NCBI GenBank assembly: GCA_036245095.1
Contig: BSWA01000002.1
Coordinates: 2,691-66,690 of the forward strand
DNA: 64,000 bases
DNA from: Candidatus Improbicoccus devescovinae
GTDB lineage: Bacteria; Bacillota; Clostridia; Oscillospirales; Acutalibacteraceae
Reading direction: 5' to 3'
Position numbers and translations under genes: made by a program. The notes beneath the pieces are model-generated. The model was not told where the DNA came from. It did no database searches and worked only from the letters and a program-made list of their open reading frames with translations. Of the stretch, positions 17,872 through 27,766 are shown one piece after another. Positions within the stretch are counted from its first letter, which is position 1, and each line of letters begins with the position of its first letter.

Positions 17872-19977
17872 CTACCCCACATGTTGCTCGGTTTGATCAG
17901 TGCTTTTTATGCGATAATTGCAGTCGACATTCTTGCATATTAATTTATTTGATATTTGATACAACATACTGTTGCATTTTGGACATTTTGTGGTTACTGG
18001 CTTTTCCCATGATGCAAAATCACAGCTCGGATAGGCTGAACAACTATAAAATTTCTTGCCTTTCCGTGTAAGTTTTTCTTGAATTTCGCAACCGCATTTT
18101 GGGCAGTCGATGCCTATGGAGAATATGAATTTTTTGACCGCTTTGCATGTAGGATAGTCAGAACATGCTATGAATTTACCAAATTTGCCAAATTTAATTT
18201 GCATTTTATTTCCACACCTTTCGCATATAATATCGGTCTCGGTTGATTTGAGATTAATTTTAATGTCTTTAGATTCTTCTTTTGCCAATTCTAATTTTTG
18301 TGCAAAATCACCATAAAAATCAGATAGTATGTCACTCCAATTGGTAGTCCCTCCCTCTATGGAGTCTAATTTTTTTTCCATTTCTGCTGTAAATTTAATA
18401 TCTATGATATCAGGGAAATATTTATGAATTAATTCATATACAGCCTCGCCGAGTTCTGTAGGAACCAAAGATTTTACTTCTTTTTTTATATATTCGCGAT
18501 ATAATATAGTGCTAATAATTGACGCATACGTAGAAGGCCTTCCGATGCCGTTTTCATCTAGATATTTAATCAATGAGGCTTCATTAAATCTTGCAACAGG
18601 TTGAGTAAAATGTTGCTCTGGAACAAGGGCTTTTAGATCGCAAATTTCACCTACGTAAAGGTCTGGGATACTTATTTCGGTTTTCAAGTTATTATCCTGG
18701 TTTTGTGTATATAAAATAGTAAATCCATCAAAAAATATATTAAATCCAGAGACTTTAAAAATATATTCATTGGCAGTTATTTCTATTCGAATAGTGTTTT
18801 GAATACAATTAGCCATTTGGCTTGCTACAAATCGTTTCCATATTAAATTATATAATTTAAACTGATCCGATGTCAAGCTTTTTTCTATCATTTCAGGACG
18901 AATCATTACATAAGTCGGTCTAATAGCCTCATGAGCATCTTGCGCCCCAGATTTTTTTTTGAATTTTCTCAGGGTTTTAGGTAAATATTTTTCGCCCCAT
19001 GTCAATTTTATTAATTCTGCACATTCTTTTACTGCAATTTTCGATATTCTTAGCGAATCTGTTCGCATGTACGTTATTAAGCCTGTATAGCCTGTTTTTT
19101 CGAGATTAACACCTTCATATAATTCCTGCGCTATTTTCATTGTACGTTTTGCACTAAAATGTAACTTATATGATGCCTCTTGTTGCAAGCTTGATGTTAT
19201 AAACGGCGGAGCAGGCGATTTATTTCTTTTACCTTTTGTTATTTTAGTTACGATAAATTCAGAATTTTTAATTTCCGCTATAATTTTATCGGTATCTTGT
19301 TGACTTTTTAATAAAATAGCTTTATTCTTCTTACCGAAGAAATTCGCGATAAAAAATTGATTTTCTTTTTTTATTAATTCGGCAGTAATACTCCAATATT
19401 CCTCAGGGATAAAATTTCTTATTTCATATTCTCTTTCGACAATAATTTTCAACGCTACTGACTGAACTCTTCCAGCTGAAAGGCCCTTATGAATTTTCTG
19501 ACATAAAAACGGGCTTAATTTATAACCTACTAGTCTATCAAGAATTCGCCTAGCTTGCTGCGCATTCACCAAAGGAAGATCAATTTTCCTAGGCGAATTT
19601 ATACCAATTTCCACACCATTTTTAGTTATTTCATTAAAACTTATACGATTTTCTTCCTCAGTATTTAATTTCAAAATATATGCTAAATGCCACGAAATAG
19701 CCTCGCCTTCGCGATCGGGATCTGTAGCCAAAAAAACCCTTTGACTTTTAGTTGCTTTATCTTTTAATTTTTTTACGACAGCCTCTTTGCCTTTTATAAT
19801 ATCATAAGTAGGCGTGAAATTTTTTTTAATATCAATACTAAGTTTTTTCACTGGAAGATCTCTTATATGACCGTTAGAAGCAATAACATCATATCCAGAG
19901 CCCAGATATTTTTTAATAGTTTTCGCTTTAGCAGGAGACTCAACTATAACAAGTTTATGTATATTCAATAAAATCAT
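17872..19977 (-). CDS. topA: DNA topoisomerase I (type IA) with C-terminal zinc ribbons
   Basis: TOPRIM start LVIVESPAKAKTI, active-site region GLITYMRTDS, four CxxC...CxxC ribbons at the C-terminus. 701 aa. Confidence 0.95.
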   Translation of the reverse strand: MILLNIHKLVIVESPAKAKTIKKYLGSGYDVIASNGHIRDLPVKKLSIDIKKNFTPTYDIIKGKEAVVKKLKDKATKSQRVFLATDPDREGEAISWHLAYILKLNTEEENRISFNEITKNGVEIGINSPRKIDLPLVNAQQARRILDRLVGYKLSPFLCQKIHKGLSAGRVQSVALKIIVEREYEIRNFIPEEYWSITAELIKKENQFFIANFFGKKNKAILLKSQQDTDKIIAEIKNSEFIVTKITKGKRNKSPAPPFITSSLQQEASYKLHFSAKRTMKIAQELYEGVNLEKTGYTGLITYMRTDSLRISKIAVKECAELIKLTWGEKYLPKTLRKFKKKSGAQDAHEAIRPTYVMIRPEMIEKSLTSDQFKLYNLIWKRFVASQMANCIQNTIRIEITANEYIFKVSGFNIFFDGFTILYTQNQDNNLKTEISIPDLYVGEICDLKALVPEQHFTQPVARFNEASLIKYLDENGIGRPSTYASIISTILYREYIKKEVKSLVPTELGEAVYELIHKYFPDIIDIKFTAEMEKKLDSIEGGTTNWSDILSDFYGDFAQKLELAKEESKDIKINLKSTETDIICERCGNKMQIKFGKFGKFIACSDYPTCKAVKKFIFSIGIDCPKCGCEIQEKLTRKGKKFYSCSAYPSCDFASWEKPVTTKCPKCNSMLYQISNKLICKNVDCNYRIKSTDQTEQHVG

Positions 19978-20116
19978 TTCCTATTATTATATTTTTTATA
20001 TATTTAAGATAAATACAACCATCTAGAACTATTTTTTATAAAATCCTAAATAATTATATAAATATTTTTTTAAAATACAAGTATTAATTTGGTCATGCTT
20101 CAAAATAGTTTACAAA

Positions 20117-21072
20117 TAGACCTGTCTGAAAATATAAAAATATGATATAATCCCATTACAAAATAAAAATGGTGATAAAAATTAACACCCAAGCTAGAAT
20201 TGCAGAAATAGCAATCAACAAATATAAAAAGATTTTTTGGTGTAGAAAAATATGTTTTTGATAGGCTATTACGCCTTTTGGAAGTTGCTGATACTTTTAA
20301 TAGAAAAATCACTGCCGACAGGAAGGCTAAAATATCTGTTTTAGATAAACTTGTGATAAATTTACAATATTGGCGAGAGTACAAAACCTATTTTTATATT
20401 GGCGTAAGCTACGGAATATCAGAATCTTATGCATACAAAATTATTAAGTGGGTGGAGGACACACTTGTAAAGGACGGAACTTTCGCGCTTCCTGGTCGAA
20501 AAGCGCTTCAAAAAAGTGACATAAAATATGAAGTAATTTTAATTGATGCTTCTGAAACTCCAACCGAACGGCCAAAAAAACAGAAAAAAAGAATGGGCAA
20601 AAAATAAAAAATCGAAAAAACAAACAGAAAAAATATTATTCTGGCAAGAAAAAACGGCATACTTTCAAAATTTCAGTTAGTTGCAGACAAAAAACAGGTC
20701 AAGTAATTTGCACAAATTTCGCTAATGGTAAAAAACACGATTTCAAACTTTTTAAAGAATCTAAACTCAAGATAAACAGCAAAATAAAATTACTGATTGA
20801 TACCGGATTTCAAGGGATTCACAAATTTCATAAGAACTTATAAATTCCAAAAAAGAAGATTAAAAGACATCCGCTTACAAATCCAGAAAAAGAAAAGAAT
20901 CGTGAAATTTCAAGTCAAAGAGTAAAAATTGAAAATATTATTGGTTTTATTAAACGTTTTAAAGTTTTAGCCGATAAATACAGAAACCGTAGAAAACGTT
21001 TTGGTCTCAGGTGTAATTTGATCTCCGGCGTTTTTAATTTTGATCTAATTGTTTAGTTTGGAAATAAGTCTA
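20117..21072 (+). mobile_element. IS-C-related element (956 bp), transposase decayed by a frameshift and a stop
   Basis: Starts TAGACCTGTCTG and ends GTTTAGTTTGGAAATAAGTCTA. HTH part is in 20278-20607. The frame breaks at the poly-A (RPKKQKK). In-frame TAA in HKNL*IPKKK. Confidence 0.7.
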
Positions 21073-21073
21073 T

Positions 21074-22036
21074 TTATTCAACGTTATTTTGGCTTTTAAG
21101 GGCATTTATTTGGTCGATAGATAAATTAGTTAATCTTGAAATTAAACTAGGTTCTAATCCCTCTTCAAGCGATTTTATGGCCATTTCAATCGCTTTGTTC
21201 GCTTCGCCTTCCTGTCTGCCTTCCTGTCTGCCTTCCTGTCTGCCTCTTGCTTCGCCTCTCGCTTCGCCTATTTGTATGCCTTCCCTTTTACTTCTGGCCA
21301 TATCGCTTTGATAGTCTTTGACTTTTTTTTCTGCTTCTATTGCCCGAATCTGCATTATTTCATTAAGACTTATGCCCCGTAGTGCCTCCGCTGCCATGGC
21401 TATTCCTCCTTCGGATTCTATGATCTTATTTATGTCTTCGAGTTTGGTTTTGTCGTTTGCCCATTTTAGAAATGCTCCCCAGTTATCTTTTTGATTGTCT
21501 GGAATGGTTTTTTTGTCAAGCTTGCTCATCTCAAACGTAATTATACGAGTTTTACCATCTAAAGATATATTATTTTCTTTATCATAATACTCAAAATTAT
21601 GAACTGTTTTATTATCATCGAAAAATTTTCCTTCCGCTAGCAGCGTGATTTGATATGCGGACATCAATTTGTCGTAATCGTCTTCGCCTTTACTTTCTTG
21701 CGAGATGAAAAGCTTGGAAACATAATATTCACTTCGTGTAAGTTCGTCGGGTCTGTGTTTTAGCGCCATCTCGACAGTAGCCCTTTCCCCGCTGTTAAAT
21801 TTGCAGCTAAAATCAAATCTTATTTGTTTTTCTTCTCTTTGTGTTATTGATGGTTCATTTGGAAGCAGTGTCGCTTCAATTACTTTTTGATCTGTAAATG
21901 CACTTAAGAAATCTTTCAGTGCTTCTTTTGATTCGTAAGTTTCTGATGTAAAAAGCGCTTTAAATATTGGGTCGAGTTTTGGGTCTAGGATGTTTTCGTC
22001 AAGCGTAATTAATGAATCCCTATTTTGGGTTTCCAA
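21074..22036 (-). CDS. Rpn-family PD-(D/E)XK recombination-promoting nuclease / putative transposase
   Basis: N-terminal DPIFKALF, nuclease core RFDFSCKF...ATVEMALKH, C-terminal GEARGEARGRQEGRQEGRQEG repeat and helical tail typical of the Rpn/YhgA-like family. Confidence 0.7.
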   Translation of the reverse strand: METQNRDSLITLDENILDPKLDPIFKALFTSETYESKEALKDFLSAFTDQKVIEATLLPNEPSITQREEKQIRFDFSCKFNSGERATVEMALKHRPDELTRSEYYVSKLFISQESKGEDDYDKLMSAYQITLLAEGKFFDDNKTVHNFEYYDKENNISLDGKTRIITFEMSKLDKKTIPDNQKDNWGAFLKWANDKTKLEDINKIIESEGGIAMAAEALRGISLNEIMQIRAIEAEKKVKDYQSDMARSKREGIQIGEARGEARGRQEGRQEGRQEGEANKAIEMAIKSLEEGLEPSLISRLTNLSIDQINALKSQNNVE

Positions 22037-22276
22037 ACTTAAATTCCTCCCTTTTTGTAAATTATTAATATAAATTTATAACTTAATTATATGCTAATTA
22101 AATTTAAAAATCAATTTCTAATTTTTTATCTCATCTAGATTTACTACGTTCTACTGCGCTAGCTAACGAATCTAATCTGCTCGTGGGGATCGCGTTTATA
22201 TTTGGGAGAAGCTTTATATACGGGTATTTTGCCGCTATATCCGATGCCTGGGCAAACTGTAACTTTCACTTTTACT

Positions 22277-22768
22277 TTATAAATGTCTTTGCCTCTTAGC
22301 TATAGGGACATTAGCTCCTAATTGCAGGGCTATCCTTTCCATTTTCCCGAATGGTAAGGCGACAGCCCCGACAGCGAACGGAATCCTAGTCGATTTATCG
22401 CCTGATTGATCATGTAACTCAAGAAAATTATGCCTGGGTGGATGAATCGGAAACCCGTCAGTATGTAATATAACCGCAGATTGAAAGGTAGAGTAATCGG
22501 TCTTTCCGCTTGGCCCTATGCTGATAGTGGTGACTGGATGCTCACTTGGAACAATTTTAACTTCATCGACATCTCCGTTCAGTAAGAGAATATCTTCCTT
22601 CCTTAAGTGTCCATTAATCATATGCCAGTCTAGGAAGGGTCTTTGCGTCCAGTATTAATAAATGCTTTCCGGCCAGGATTGATAAAGGCTTGTAGCTTTA
22701 ACTCCGCTAGATGCTGACATAACTATGAGAGAAGCTATCATACTCGTGATTTTTTGTACAAATTTCAT
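22277..22768 (-). pseudogene. secreted protein of unknown function interrupted by an in-frame TAA
   Basis: Strong AGGAGG RBS, ATG 22768, signal peptide MKFVQKITSMIASLIVMSASSG. TAA at 22655-22657. The same frame continues YWTQRPFLDWHMINGH... into track ORF 22277-22621. Confidence 0.6.
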
Positions 22769-22911
22769 GAAAAATTTCCTCCTTGTTTAAAAATAACTTT
22801 AAATTTACACGATTTATTTTTAATAATAACATCTATTATAAAATTTGTCAAAGATTTTGCGAATATTACGATAAATATATTTTTTTGTATAAATTTCTCC
22901 TTCTTTGATTA

Positions 22912-22945
22912 GATATTGTCTACACAAAATTTGATATTTTCAAAA
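22912..22945 (+). mobile_element. solo IS-B left end
   Basis: GATATTGTCTACACAAAATTTGAT matches the IS-B terminus at 16672 with one mismatch. Confidence 0.6.
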
Positions 22946-22967
22946 AATATTTTTTTGAAATTTGTTG

Positions 22968-22996
22968 TTGACATTTAAATATTAGTATTTTACAAT
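22968..22996 (+). promoter_or_regulatory. near-consensus sigma-A promoter
   Basis: TTGACA, exactly 17 nt, TACAAT. It lies 55 nt upstream of the tRNA-like element and 150 nt upstream of the zinc-ribbon gene. Confidence 0.6.
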
Positions 22997-23050
22997 ACAT
23001 TTGTATTGATTGGGGTAATTAATATAACAGTTCAGTTAATCTAGTATTAT

Positions 23051-23122
23051 GGCCCAAGTAGCTTAGTTAGACAGAGCGTTGTTATTTTTCAGAGGCGTCG
23101 GTGCGAACCCGTCCTTAGGGCA
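23051..23122 (+). ncRNA. tRNA-like element (degenerate cloverleaf; possible tRNA pseudogene)
   Basis: Acceptor GCCCAAG/CTT(A)GGGC with one bulge, D arm GCTT...GAGC, T arm GTCGG-TGCGAAC-CCGTC with one mismatch. The anticodon stem does not pair (TTGTT/AGAGG). Confidence 0.3.
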
Positions 23123-23148
23123 GATTCAAAAAAAGTGAGGTTAGATTA

Positions 23149-23457
23149 ATGGACGAAAGTTTTGGGGAAAGAGAGGACAAAGTTCTCATTTGCAAAGAAT
23201 GTGGGAAGGAATTTGTATTTACCGGTGGAGAACAGGAGTTTTATGCTAGTAAAGGTTTTGAAAACGAACCACAAAGATGCAAAGAATGTCGTACGCGTAG
23301 GAATTCAGGGCGTATTCAAAAAGAAATGTTTGTCACTGAATGCACTGCATGTGGTGGTGAGGCTCGTGTTCCTTTCCAACCACGGGACGACCGACCTGTG
23401 TATTGTAGCGCTTGTTTCGCTAAAATACGCGAAGAAGAGCATGGCCCTAGAAGTTAA
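23149..23457 (+). CDS. small double zinc-ribbon (CxxC...CxxC x2) protein
   Basis: CKECGKEF...CKECR and CTACGGE...CSACF. This widespread small Cys-ribbon family is recognised by pattern only. Confidence 0.7.
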   Translation: MDESFGEREDKVLICKECGKEFVFTGGEQEFYASKGFENEPQRCKECRTRRNSGRIQKEMFVTECTACGGEARVPFQPRDDRPVYCSACFAKIREEEHGPRS

Positions 23458-23485
23458 ATTTCTTTTGAATTAGCTTTATGGATGT

Positions 23486-23524
23486 TCCCACTGAAATTCT
23501 CCTGATTTTAGTGGGATTTTGTTT
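23486..23524 (+). terminator. rho-independent terminator after the zinc-ribbon gene
   Basis: TCCCACT (17-nt loop) AGTGGGA followed by TTTTGTTT. Confidence 0.55.
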
Positions 23525-23700
23525 AATTTGAACAATTATATGGTAAATCGAATTTGTTTGTTTTTAAGAATTTTAATATAATTTTAATAATTAATATGAA
23601 AAATTAATTAAATATAAGATAATAATTAAAATTTTATGTGAGATGTTTGCATAAATTAAATTTAAATAAGAATTATAATAATTTTATATTTTTCATAAAA

Positions 23701-23937
23701 TTCGTGTTTTTTAATGTTTAATATTTATTATCCCGATTGTTGTCATGACCAGAATTATAAATACTACTAATAAGGCTGATCCTGCATTTAAATTGTATGA
23801 GCTTCCTAGTAATCGCAAAATGCGTGTTTTTTAATGTTTAATATTTATTATCCCAATTGTTGTCATGACCAGAATTATAAATACTACTGATAAGGCTGAT
23901 CCTGCATTTAAATTGTATGAGCTCCCTAGTAATCGCA
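23701..23937. repeat. 120-bp tandem duplication (2 units, about 4 mismatches) of the 3' end of the potB-like gene
   Basis: 23701-23817 aligns with 23821-23937 base for base, apart from substitutions at about 23702, 23735, 23770 and 23804. Confidence 0.85.
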
Positions 23938-24629
23938 TTTCTATTAGTTCGCCGATAAGTATATTACGTACTCCACCTAGCATTTTTGAAATTATAAACG
24001 TACTTATTGCTTGTACAAATACGATAGTTACTCCTGAGAATACGCCTGGTAAACTTAATGGGAAGATTATTTTTCTGAATACATCGAATTTGTTTGCCCC
24101 GAGGTCCTGTGCAGATTCAACAATACTTTTATTTGTTTTTGTCAGAGATGTATAAATTGGTAGTACCATATATGGGAAAAAATTGTATATCATGCCAAAA
24201 ATCACGGTTCCGGTTTTGTTTAAAAATTCTATTTGACTTATTCCTAATTTAGATAGTAATAAATTTATTAGACCATTGTTTTCTAGGATAGTCATCCAAG
24301 CATAGGTTCGTAATAGCATACTTATCCACATGGGTAGAACAATTAGTGTCATAGTTATTACTTGCGATCGGTTGCTGAATTTCGAAATTATAAATGCAGC
24401 AGGATAACTAAAAATCAAGCAAATTATAGTCGAAATTATGGACAAATTCAACGAGCGCAAAAATACAGACGAAAAATCAAAAGCGTTTATGAAATTTTCA
24501 AGTGTAAATTCGTTTTTTGAGTTCACTAAAGAAAAAAACATTATTAAAGCAAGTGGTGTTAACGAAAATATGAACAACCATGCAGTATATGGTGCTATGA
24601 GGAAAGATAGTTTTTTTTGAATTTAGCAT
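23831..24629 (-). pseudogene. orphan ABC polyamine-type permease (PotB-like), N-terminus out of frame at an A8 run
   Basis: The permease EAA-loop region (AQDLGANKFDVFRKIIFPLSLPG) is present. ATG 24629 after GGAGG reads MLNSKK, then A8 (24611-24618). One extra A would fuse it to ...KLSFLIAPYTAWLFIFSL. No potA, potC or potD nearby. Confidence 0.55.
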
Positions 24630-24663
24630 TACCTCCTTAGTATAAATTGAACTAAAATATTAT

Positions 24664-25608
24664 TTATTTTTGGCTATTATTAATAACAGGCTGTAATCTT
24701 ATTACTGCTTGACATCTTAATTTCGTTTCTAATTTTTGTTCGAGATTTTCTATTATTTCGTTTGCAGCATATATGTCATTGTTTATGATTAATACTTTAG
24801 CTTTAAATGTGATGACGCTCCACCCTGGCCCATAATTATGAACCATTAGATTTGTAATTTCTAGTATTTCTGGATAATCTTTTATGCAATTATTAATTTT
24901 TTCTATTAATTCTGGCTCTGGAGCTTTGCCTAAAAGAATGTCAAGAGATTCTTTTAGAGTTTTTGTGCCTGTTAAAACTATAAAAACAGAAACTATTAAC
25001 CCGGCATATGGATCGAGATAAAAACCTGTTAATTTTGTTGTAACTATGCCGAGTATCACAGTGCTTGTAGCTATTGAATCCATAAAGCTATCGTTTGCCG
25101 TAGCTTGAATGGCTGATGAATTTATTAGTTTGCTTATTTTATGGTTAAAAAAACCCATCCAGAGCTTGATTATGATGGAAATGCTTAAAATTAAAATAGA
25201 CAGAATATCAATGACTATTTCTTCTGGTTTGAATATTCTCTCAATGGATGTTTTTATAAAACTTAATCCAGTCAAAATTATCGCGATCGAGACAATAAGT
25301 CCAGATACATATTCTATACGTCCATGGCCAAATGGATGTTCTTTGTCTGGGGGAGTGCTCGCGGTTTTGAAGCATATAAATGTTATAATCGATGAACCAG
25401 CATCTGAAAGATTATTAAATGCGTCGGCCATGGTGGCGATCGAGAAACTAAAAATTCCTATCATGAGTTTACTGCTAAATAATAATAAATTCAAGATGAT
25501 TCCGAAGACGCCGCTTAAAATTCCGCTTTTTTTTCTTATCTTATTATCTGTTGCGTCTATATTTTTACCTATGAATTTGTGGATCAAAAAATCGTTTAAA
25601 TTAAACAA
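24664..25608 (-). CDS. cation diffusion facilitator (CDF) family efflux transporter
   Basis: Six predicted TM helices, ADAFNNLSD and HPFGHGRIEY motifs, C-terminal cytoplasmic domain. Confidence 0.8.
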   Translation of the reverse strand: MFNLNDFLIHKFIGKNIDATDNKIRKKSGILSGVFGIILNLLLFSSKLMIGIFSFSIATMADAFNNLSDAGSSIITFICFKTASTPPDKEHPFGHGRIEYVSGLIVSIAIILTGLSFIKTSIERIFKPEEIVIDILSILILSISIIIKLWMGFFNHKISKLINSSAIQATANDSFMDSIATSTVILGIVTTKLTGFYLDPYAGLIVSVFIVLTGTKTLKESLDILLGKAPEPELIEKINNCIKDYPEILEITNLMVHNYGPGWSVITFKAKVLIINNDIYAANEIIENLEQKLETKLRCQAVIRLQPVINNSQK

Positions 25609-25860
25609 AACAACAACCTACCCTTGAAATTTCGGAATATTTACTTAGAATACATTGTATTCAATTTATAGTTTGATAGTTAAAAAATTGAAATTTTTAT
25701 TAAATAAATATTTTCTTTGAAATTCTACTTGTAATTTGTTAATAATATATTTAAATTATTATTCAAAATAATGATGGGTGAGTATATTGGAGAAGTGTTG
25801 AATTTTAATATAGTGTAAGTGTATAGTATATTTAGCGGTTTTTTGAGGAGGTCTTCCTGA

Positions 25861-26154
25861 ATGCTAGACGAAAATGTAGATATTACAAGAGAGAAAATTT
25901 TGGATTTGGCTAAATTAGCTAAAATTCGTATATCAGAAGATGAAATTACTGGTATAATTTCACAAATGGGGAATATAATAAAATTCGTCAATCAGATTTC
26001 CAACGTGGAGACTCATGAGACTTCTGAATTATATTTTAAAACAAAAATTTCTACTCATTTGAAAGATGATAATAAAGAAATTTCTTTAAGTCAAGATGAT
26101 ATTTTTAAAAATTGTGCTGAAAAAGAAAATGGATTCTTTGTTGTTAAAATATAA
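25861..26154 (+). CDS. gatC: Asp/Glu-tRNA(Asn/Gln) amidotransferase subunit C
   Basis: 97 aa. LAKLAKIRISEDE and ..ETS.. pattern. Immediately upstream of gatA. Confidence 0.85.
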   Translation: MLDENVDITREKILDLAKLAKIRISEDEITGIISQMGNIIKFVNQISNVETHETSELYFKTKISTHLKDDNKEISLSQDDIFKNCAEKENGFFVVKI

Positions 26155-26200
26155 AAAAATATAAAATTTATATAAATTTTTGTATTAAATGGAGGTACAC

Positions 26201-27658
26201 ATGAGTCCTAATACGGGAATAATATTAAAAATTCATGAGTTATTGACGTCGAAAACAGCATCGTGTGTTGAAATAACACAAAATTATTTAAAAGAGATTA
26301 AAAAAAACGTACTAAATGCATATATAACTGTAACGGAAGAAGAAGCGTTAAATAGTGCTAAAAAAGTTGATGAAAAAATTGCTAAAAATCAAGAGATGGG
26401 GATTTTAGAGGGTATTCCGGTAGGCATAAAAGATGTAATTTCCACAAAAAATGTGAGAACAACTTGTGGTTCAAAAATGCTTGCAAATTATGTTCCTATT
26501 TATGATGCAACATGTTGGGAAATTTTAAAACTTGCCGGTGTAGTCTTGCTTGGCAAAAATAATCAAGACGAGTTTGCTATGGGGTCTTCGAATGAGACTT
26601 CATTTTTTGGGCCGGTTAAAAATCCGCATGATTTAACAAAAGTACCGGGCGGAAGTTCCGGCGGAGGCGCCGCAGCAGTTGCTGGCGGTCTCGCTGCGTT
26701 TACTATAGGTACGGACACTGGTGGATCGATTCGGCAACCTTCGGCATTTTGTGGGACCGTAGGTTTTAAGCCAAGTTATGGCTCTGTTTCGCGGTATGGA
26801 TTAATCCCGTTAGCATCAAGTTTTGATCAGGCTGGTCCTATTACTTTGACTGTGGAAGATGCTTGCTTAGTTTTTGACGCAATTTCAAAATTTGATTCAA
26901 AAGATGCCACCTCGAGTTCTCATATACGGAAAAGCAGTTTTAGCCTACGTAATGATAGTATTAAAAATATAAAAATTGGTATTCCAAAAGAATGTTTAGA
27001 AGGTATTGATCCTGAAATCACGACATGTATTTCAAAAGCTATTAATATTTTTGAAGACTTGGGTGCGGAAACAAATTTGTTTAGTTTTCCGGAAATTTCT
27101 TATGCTATACCTATTTATTATATTCTTTCGTGCGCGGAGGCATCATCGAATTTGGGCCGTTTCGATGGCATTAGATATGGCTTTAGACCTGAGTCTTATG
27201 ATAATTATCAGGATTTAATTATAAAAAGTCGAACCGAAGGTTTCGGCGCTGAAATTAAGCGTAGAATTTTACTAGGCACATATGTGTTAGGTGCTGGGTT
27301 TTGTGATGATTTTTATAAACGTGCACAAAAACTTAGAGAGTTTTTGACGGGTAATTTTATGAAAATTTTCGAAAAATTTGATATAATACTAATGCCCGTC
27401 ACACCAACTACGGCGTTTGGCTTTAATTATTCTGGGTCGGACCCAATAAAAATGTATCTATCAGATATATGCACTGTAGCTGCAAATGAGGCTCGCTTGC
27501 CTGCAATCTCGATTCCTTGCGGATATTCTAGCAAACATTTACCCATAGGAATGCAATTATTGGCTTCTAGATTTAATGATGAATTTTTATTGAACGTAGC
27601 TTATAAATATGAATCACAGGAATTTCATGCCAAAGTAGTTTCGGGATATAAAATTTAA
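26201..27658 (+). CDS. gatA: Asp/Glu-tRNA(Asn/Gln) amidotransferase subunit A
   Basis: Amidase signature GGSSGGGAAAVA, GTDTGGSIRQPSAFCG. ATG 26201 follows GGAGG; the track ORF starts at 26189. Confidence 0.95.
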   Translation: MSPNTGIILKIHELLTSKTASCVEITQNYLKEIKKNVLNAYITVTEEEALNSAKKVDEKIAKNQEMGILEGIPVGIKDVISTKNVRTTCGSKMLANYVPIYDATCWEILKLAGVVLLGKNNQDEFAMGSSNETSFFGPVKNPHDLTKVPGGSSGGGAAAVAGGLAAFTIGTDTGGSIRQPSAFCGTVGFKPSYGSVSRYGLIPLASSFDQAGPITLTVEDACLVFDAISKFDSKDATSSSHIRKSSFSLRNDSIKNIKIGIPKECLEGIDPEITTCISKAINIFEDLGAETNLFSFPEISYAIPIYYILSCAEASSNLGRFDGIRYGFRPESYDNYQDLIIKSRTEGFGAEIKRRILLGTYVLGAGFCDDFYKRAQKLREFLTGNFMKIFEKFDIILMPVTPTTAFGFNYSGSDPIKMYLSDICTVAANEARLPAISIPCGYSSKHLPIGMQLLASRFNDEFLLNVAYKYESQEFHAKVVSGYKI

Positions 27659-27766
27659 TATAAATTTAAGAATATTTTAATATAAAATTCAAAAATATTT
27701 AATTATTTATTAATATTTCCAAATAAAATTTAGAATAATTAAGAAACTGTCGGTTAAAAATAATAT

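Noticed and set aside
21180-21262. Short tandem 12-bp repeats (GCCTTCCTGTCT x3 and neighbours) that could look like a mini-array
   Set aside because: They lie inside the Rpn-family gene and simply encode the EGRQ/EARG repeat. There are no unique spacers and no CRISPR-like periodicity.
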